A stretch of DNA of 43,239 bases from Rhizaria sp. SCN 62-66 (taxonomy: Eukaryota). The stretch spans positions 1 to 43,239 of the forward strand of contig MEDY01000704.1 in the NCBI GenBank assembly GCA_001724265.1, in the 5' to 3' direction. The translations under genes were made by a program, and so were the position numbers. Positions 37,009 to 43,239 of the stretch are shown piece after piece (positions within the stretch are counted from its first letter, which is position 1; each line of letters begins with the position of its first letter). Below the pieces are notes generated by a model. It worked only from the letters and a program-made list of their open reading frames with translations. It was not told the origin of the DNA and made no database searches.

Positions 37009-40000
37009 ATGTCTTCTAGGTACGTCAAATATATTGTTCAATCGCGCTCATGCAGCATTTAAGTTCCTTTCCTAGCCCTTTTGCGAAGACGCTTTTCTTA
37101 CCCTCGACTCACCTTCTCCCTGCCCCTCGCTCTCGTTCCCTCGCTCCTTCTTGCAACAACGCCCGGCTCTGCCGCTTGCCGTTTACTTGCAGCACTGAGA
37201 AGCCTATCGTTGTGGGCGCGTCCAAGGCGCGTATGACGAAGCACGAGCGCCGCAAGGCCGACAAGCGCGCGCAGGCCGAGGCCCTCAAGGAGATTGGTCT
37301 GCTGCGCCAGCGTCTGCGCATCGAGACCCCGCCCGCGGGCTCCAACCCCTGGCTCAACGAGGACGCCGCCACGCAGGCCGCCGAGCCCCGCTTTGTAACC
37401 ATCGACGGCGCTGCCGAAGACGAGCTCATGCGCGATACCAAGCGTAACCAGCGTCTTGCCAAATCCGCTAACCGCACTCCTCTGACCACGGCGCTGCTGT
37501 CGTCGCTCAAGACGTTCGCCGCGCTGCCGATCTCGTCGCTCACGCTCAAGGGGCTCGCAGCCGCGAACTACACGCACCTTACCCGCGTCCAGCGCGGCGC
37601 ACTGCCGCACGCGCTCGCCGGGCGCGACGTGCTCGCCTCCGCGCGCACAGGCAGCGGCAAGACGCTGGCATATCTGATCCCCGTGCTGGAGCGGCTGTAC
37701 GTAGAGCAGTGGGACCGTGAGCACGGCGGACTGGGCGCGCTGATCATCTCGCCGACGCGCGAGCTGGCGGTGCAGATCTTCACTGTGATGCGCAAGATCG
37801 GCCGCCACCACACCTTCTCCGCGGGGCTCGTTATCGGCGGGAAAGACGCGGAGCAAGAGAAGAAGATGATCGGCCGCATCAACATCCTCGTCGCCACCCC
37901 GGGCCGGCTGCTGCATCATATGGACGAGACGTACGACTTCGACACCCACGCGTTACGCGTACTTGTGCTTGACGAGGCGGACCGCCTGCTCGAGATGGGC
38001 TTTGCGGACGTGATCGACGGCATTCTTGACAACTTACCCAAGTACCCGCAGCGGCAGACGCTGCTGTTCAGCGCCACGCAGACTTCGGAGGCGATGCGCA
38101 ACCTCGTCAAGCTCAGCCTGCATAAGGCCGAGGTGATCGGCGTGCACGATAAGGACGATCAGGCCACTCCCGTGAACCTGTACCACCACTACCTCGTCTG
38201 CAACGCCGGTGACAAGGTCAACATGCTCTACGGCTTCATCAAGACCCACCAGTGGCAGAAGACGCTTGTGTTCCTCTCTTCCACCAAGCAAGTCCGCTTC
38301 TTCTTTGAAGCCATGTGCCGTCTGCGTCCTGGTGTTCCTATTATGCACATCCACGGCGGCATGAAGCTCCACAACCGTCTCAACGTCTTCACCGAGTTCT
38401 GCAACCAGGTACGACGCTTTCTTTCAATCAAAAAAACAAATAGTTGACTTGTTGATTCCACTTTGAATGTATCTTGTTTTGTAAACGAATGTATTTTTAT
38501 CTGCAAATACTCACTCTTGAATCTTTTTCGTTTGTTTTCTCGTCAACAGGAGCGTGCGGTGCTGTTCGCGACTGACGTCACTGCGCGCGGCCTGGACTTC
38601 ACCAACGTCAACTGGGTTCTCCAGCTCGACTGCCCCGAGACTGTGGCGGACTACATCCACCGTGTCGGCCGCACTGCGCGGTTCAACAACCGCGGCAACG
38701 CGATGTTGCTGCTGCAGGAGCACGAGCTGCCGTTCATCGAGAAGCTTGCCGCGGCCAAGGTGTTCCCGCGCAAGGTCGGCGTGCAACAGCAGCAGACGTG
38801 GAACGTGACGCAGATGCTCGCCGCGCTGTGTGCCGAAGACACCGAACTTAAGTACCTCGCTCAGCGCGCCTTCGTGTCGTACATCCGCCAGGTCCACTTG
38901 GCCGCTGATAAAGACGTCTTCTCGGTCCGCGAAGTCGACGGCCCCGCGCTGGCGCTGTCGATGGGTCTCCCCGGTGTGCCGACGATCAAGTCGCTCCGCG
39001 GGAGCCGCAGCGCGCTGAAAAACATGCCGCACCAGCTGCGCGCGATGCAGGATAAGGAGCGCGAGAAAGCCAAGGCCAAGGCCAAGGAGGAGAAGAAGCG
39101 TCTCCGCGACCTCGAGGCCGGCGCGGTGCAGCAGGCTGGCGATATGGAGCGCATGGTGCGCCGCAAGAACGCGACGGTGCTCGACGAGTCGCGTCTGCGG
39201 ATGCGCGCTGACCAGGGCGACGACGAGGACGACGATTTCCTCACCATCGGCAAGCGCAATCTGAGCTACGATGAGGATGTCGCCGGGGCGGCTGAGGAAG
39301 GTTACGCGCGCGCACAAGCCCGCAAGCTGAGCACGATGCGTGAGCTCATGATCTCGGAGGCTGATTTGGCCGCTGCGGAGGCCGAGGCCGCTGCTGCGCT
39401 TGAGAATGACGAGGAGACTGACCTGATCAAGCTCATTGAGGCCGATATCTCCGCTGATGACGACGAGAGCGACGACGATGAGGGCGAGGCTGATGCTGAG
39501 GAGCGCAAGAGCAGCAAGTCTGGCAAGAAGTCTGGCAAGAAGGGCGGCGCTGACGACGATGACGATGCGCATGAGTCTGACGAAGAAGGCGCCGCCGCCA
39601 TCGCCCGTCTCAAGGCCAAGAAGGCCGCCGGCGCAAAGACCGGTGATGAGAGCAAGAGCAAGGACTCTAAGAGTCTCGACGAGCGCGTGCTCAAGGCTGA
39701 CCGTGAGCGCACTGAGCGCAAGGCGGCCAAGCGCGCGGCGCGCCAGCGCGAGCTCGACGCGCGTCTCCGCGCCGCCATGGTGACGGAAAACATGGAAGTC
39801 AAGTCGCTCGACGAGGCGCTCAAAGAAGGCATCGACGGCAGCTTCGTTAAGGAACTGCGTGGGCGCGTCAAGTCCAACGACGCGCAGGACCGTGAGCGTC
39901 ACCGTGAGCGCGTGCATCAGAAGTACGCCAAGGCCAAGGCTGAGCGTCTCGCGGCGCTGCGTGCGGAGCAGGCGATGGACGGGGACTACTACCAGCTGCC

Positions 40001-40262
40001 GGGCACGGATGATGATGAGAGTGGCAGTGATGGGGATGACCTCAGCGAGCTCCGCACTGTTGGCAGTGGGCGTCGCGTCGGCGGCAGCGGCAGTGACAGC
40101 AGCGAGAGCGATAGTGATGCTGAGGTTGCGCCCAAGAACAAGCGCTCGCGCGCTGCGCCGGCTGCCAAGAAGGGCAAGAAGGCTGTCAGCAGCGATGACG
40201 ATGACAGCGACAGCGACACTGGCAGTGGCATGGAGATCAACCTGAACGAGGATAGTGATTGA
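37009..40262 (+). CDS. DDX10: DEAD-box RNA helicase DDX10/DBP4 (40S biogenesis), join(37009-37019,37193-38408,38550-40262), ~979 aa
   Basis: ARTGSGKT, PTRELA, TPGRLL, DEAD, SAT, ARGLDF and HRVGRTAR motifs, plus subfamily-typical LGALIISPTRELA, FSAGLVIGGKD and ELKYLAQRAFVSY...MGLPGVP, and an acidic/basic tail. Two same-frame ORFs are joined by a GT-AG intron. An 11-nt first exon ATGTCTTCTAG splices in frame (MSSSTEKP...); alternative start is ATG 37233. Confidence 0.93.
37020..37192 (+). other. Spliceosomal intron 1 of DDX10 (173 nt)
   Basis: AG|GTACGT donor, long pyrimidine tract, TTGCAG| acceptor. Restores frame to the upstream ATG. Confidence 0.7.
38409..38549 (+). other. Spliceosomal intron 2 of DDX10 (141 nt)
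   Basis: CAG|GTACGA ... T-rich tract ... CAACAG|GAG. AT-rich and contains an in-frame stop; removal joins FTEFCNQ to ERAVLFATDV. Confidence 0.92.
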
Positions 40263-40877
40263 ACAACACACGACGCAAAAGAAAGATATATTTTAACAAA
40301 CCCAAACTAACTTTTATTTCAGTACCGTACATAGAACAATACAAACCTCCTTTTATCGTGTTCTTAGCTTGTATTGAATTGTGTGTGTGACACTGTGACG
40401 ATGGGTCAAGTGAGTTACTGCGTTGCGCACAGCAACATACTCGTAAAATGGCATGAAAAACAGCTGACACAAAGCTGGTCAATGTGTAGCAACACACCTT
40501 TCCTCACGCTAGGTAACGTGAGCTTTATGCAACCCCCCACGCTGCAGAAGAAGTAACTACACAAACAGCTCTGTCTGGATGTAAACAGCGTAGCGCTCTG
40601 AGTGCAACACACTTGATCCTTACTCAGCGGTAAGCACAAAGCGGACAGTGGAGCAAAAGTTGAACGTTCAAATAACCTAGACATGCGGATGATCTGACTT
40701 GCGCGCGTGTCAGGGAGGCTAAGAGAGTACGAAGTGAGTCAGCGAAGACCAATAACTAAGGCAGTGCGCGCCGGAACAAAAAGCTAAATGGACAAGCTAC
40801 CCAAAGCAAGCGATCCACACGTTGCGCGTTGTGCGGGCATGTGCGGACGGGGCAAGGGAGGCCGAAACCAAAAAAAA

Positions 40878-40950
40878 TTCCCACTACGGGACTTGAACCC
40901 GTGTCTCAGCAGTGAGAGTGCCGTATACTAACCACCTATACTAAATGGGA
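40878..40950 (-). tRNA. tRNA-Glu (CTC)
   Basis: TCCCATT/AGTGGGA acceptor, CGGCA-CTCTCAC-TGCTG anticodon arm, ACGGG-TTCAAGT-CCCGT T-arm. T-run follows. Confidence 0.93.
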
Positions 40951-41021
40951 TGTTTGTTGTACACGAGCTCGCTGAAGCTTGTTACTGGATAATATAAGGT
41001 CAAAGAGGAGCAAAAAAAAGG

Positions 41022-41093
41022 TGCGCTATCCGTGAATCGAACACGGCTCTAATCGTTGGCAACGATCAATCATAACCACTAGACCAATAGCGC
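41022..41093 (-). tRNA. tRNA-Gly (GCC)
   Basis: GCGCTAT/ATAGCGC acceptor, GATCG-TTGCCAA-CGATT anticodon arm, CCGTG-TTCGATT-CACGG T-arm. T-run follows. Confidence 0.94.
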
Positions 41094-41481
41094 AAATCGG
41101 ATCTACTCGATTTGATGACTAAAGGAACAAAATTTTAGTTACATAAACTATAGATTTAACTTTAATTTCACCAGATATATCTTTATAGATTTTGCCCTTA
41201 TTAACAATTCGACAATGAAATAAAAAGTGTCCGCAGTTTCTTTGTTTTCAAGTCATGATACCTTGTCAAATCAAGAGACCCGATGATGTCTAATATATTA
41301 ATTATAACCAGCGAGTGATCGATGAGTGAACGTTGTGACGGCACGTTCAACCATCAAAAGCAACTTGGCGACTGCAAGAACATATGTCACATTAAAGCCA
41401 CCCGTCTACTATTATAGTAGTAGTGTTCCGCGGACAGACAATCACAACAACAATGCATGCATTGCATTCTCGCACCACTTG

Positions 41482-41515
41482 TACTAGTACTAGTACTAGT
41501 ACTAAAAGTACTAGT
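41482..41515. repeat. (TACTAG)n palindromic tandem array
   Basis: TACTAGTACTAGTACTAGTACTAAAAGTACTAGT. Confidence 0.85.
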
Positions 41516-41708
41516 CGAACATTGTCACCCATCACTGTTGTGAAGAATTCAGTGCTGTCTATTTGCTAACGCGCTGCTGACGCAAAGCGGTAGCGCTTAG
41601 AGGTAAGAGGTGGGTGCCGAGCAAAAAGAAGGATTCTAGGACCCGGAGAAGCGTTGCAGCGCGCGGGCGGGGGTGATTGCATGAGTCAGCAAAAATACAA
41701 AAAAGAAG

Positions 41709-41789
41709 TGTGCTAGACGGGGATCGAACCCGCGCGTCCGGAGACACTACGGCCTTAACGTAGCACATTAACCACTTTGTTACCAGCAC
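41709..41789 (-). tRNA. tRNA-Leu (AAG)
   Basis: GTGCTGG/CTAGCAC acceptor, CTACG-TTAAGGC-CGTAG anticodon arm, long variable arm GTC-TCCG-GAC, GCGGG-TTCGATC-CCCGT T-arm. Confidence 0.94.
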
Positions 41790-42954
41790 AGACAAGTTAA
41801 GCTGCGTCGTAAATATCTCACGAAACAGACGTTTTTCTTGACAACTGGCCTGATTTTAGGTTATAAGTACCATTATTTTTATAAACTTTCAGTTGATATA
41901 TCTCGCCCAATAGTTCGTTATCAGATCTATTTCTGATAAAATATTATACAGTTACAAATATTCTATTTTATACTAATATGAGAAGCTCATATTTTAAGGA
42001 AAAGACGTTTTAATGTGCGCTAGTAAAAACGGAGCCTTCGTCGTAGTACAAGTTGTTTTGATACTCTTATAATTGATACAAACGTATGAGGAAATAGCTT
42101 ATAACGCCGAGTTTATGGCTGAATTAAATTTAAAGCGCGCTCAATGAGAAGTTGTCTTGGTCCAACACGGTTTTGTCGTGCTTTTTAGGGCAAAAAACTT
42201 GTCACATCAGGTCACTAAAATATGAACTTTTGTTGCATATCCTCGGAGTATATGCTGTTTATCAACAATCAAATATAAAAACTTGATAAACAAAGCTACA
42301 CGTATATTATACTACGTTTTTTTTATTGAAAGACTACGAAAATAGCTGATTTTAACTTAAAACAGTTCGCGATTTTGATGATGCGTTGGGCTGTAGGCGA
42401 ATCAAGAGGGCGCGCGATATGCCAGGACCAGAGCAAGTTGTCACACACACGACATCACGCGCCGCTGTTCCGACATATTTACAGGAGCGCAGCTTTATGA
42501 ACACGCATGAGGCTAAGACGTGAACGATTGATTCTCTGATACACTAGGGTGAGCACTACAGCACACGACAAACTGCGTGATGCGTTCGAGAGACTGCGGG
42601 ACGTAACTGCAAAGTGCCAACAACATAGAAGCAGGTTCTGACTGACTTTGAGTATTATATAAGCTCGAACTTAACGACAACAGCATCCGAGACACTGTTA
42701 CTGCGCGTCACTTGTTGCTGCTGCGGTCACGATCAGAGGCGAGGGCAGAGTGCCCAGCAGATCGGGAGCAGTGCGCGGGCGACTTCGTCAGTGACGGTGT
42801 CGAGGAAAGGCGCTGCGCTCAATGCGGTACCCAGTGGGGCGAGGGGAGTTGCATAGCGGCGTGCAGGCGCGGGACATGGGGCTGACGAAGGAGGCTTCGA
42901 ACGACAACAGCAACGACACGTGATAGTCTGTACTAGTACATCTCGCGCGTAACA

Positions 42955-43140
42955 CTCTTTTCTGTGAAAACAACAATAACAATTTATAATATCAGAGACA
43001 CAGTATATAATTCGAATTATATACTTGGTTCTTATTGTTTTCATAGAAATTGAGAGTCTGTGTTCACAGGAAAACGAAGTGTGTATACACAAGAAATGCC
43101 ACCTTTAAATCGCGGCCGGCAAAAGCTGTCGACTGGAATT
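42955..43140. mobile_element. Truncated/interrupted subfamily-B palindromic MITE (core and right arm)
   Basis: Closely similar to 22975-23150 (CTCTTTTCTGTGAAAA.AACAATAACAATT.ATAATATCAGAGAC.CAGTA...TTGGTTCTTATTGTTTTCATAGAAA...CGCGGCCGG). Central perfect palindrome AGTATATAATTCGAATTATATACT (43002-43025). Confidence 0.85.
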
Positions 43141-43239
43141 TGTTACGCACGAAATTTTACATAAAGGGACTCTCTCACAGGAAATCCACAGAGAAACGGC
43201 ACCCAACGACCTCCTAAGCTCCCTTTATCAGGGTGGTGT
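43141..43239. mobile_element. Start of a subfamily-A palindromic MITE, running off the right edge
   Basis: TGTTACGCACGAAATTTTACATAAAGGGACTCTCTCACAGGAA.TCCACAGAGAAACGGCACCCAACGACCT... closely matches the reverse complement of 17920-18016. Confidence 0.88.

Noticed and set aside
37098-40271. 283-aa and 586-aa minus-strand ORFs
   Set aside because: Antisense shadows of DDX10.
42981-42992. AATTTATAATAT inside the MITE, reminiscent of the Tn3 res site I core
   Set aside because: Short AT-only match, mutated in the 22.8-kb copy and absent from subfamily A; no resolvase gene nearby.

Overview
Eukaryotic (protist-like, not assignable further from sequence alone) genomic window with GC-rich, intron-poor genes, AT-rich spacers and the standard genetic code. 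Left 16 kb: one uninterrupted minus-strand ORF of at least 5,392 codons (ATG 16177, running off the left edge, so absent from the ORF track) encoding a giant secreted/surface beta-rich protein with a signal peptide, two beta-propeller-like segments and a C-x-F...C disulfide repeat. 16.3-23.6 kb: a tRNA cluster (Ala-AGC, Ala-CGC, three identical intron-containing Tyr-GTA) mixed with mobile DNA: ~340-bp palindromic MITE-like elements with TGT...ACA ends and 5-bp target duplications, a decayed IS630/Tc1-type transposase, and TA-(CTAG)-TA arrays that look like iterated excision footprints. Then a proteobacterial-type cobalamin-independent methionine synthase (metE), a ~3,080-aa Ala-expanded Nup205/Nup192 carrying an FG-repeat insertion, a head-to-head DDX10/DBP4 helicase with two GT-AG introns, three more tRNAs (Glu-CTC, Gly-GCC, Leu-AAG) and nested copies of the same palindromic MITE family at the right edge.
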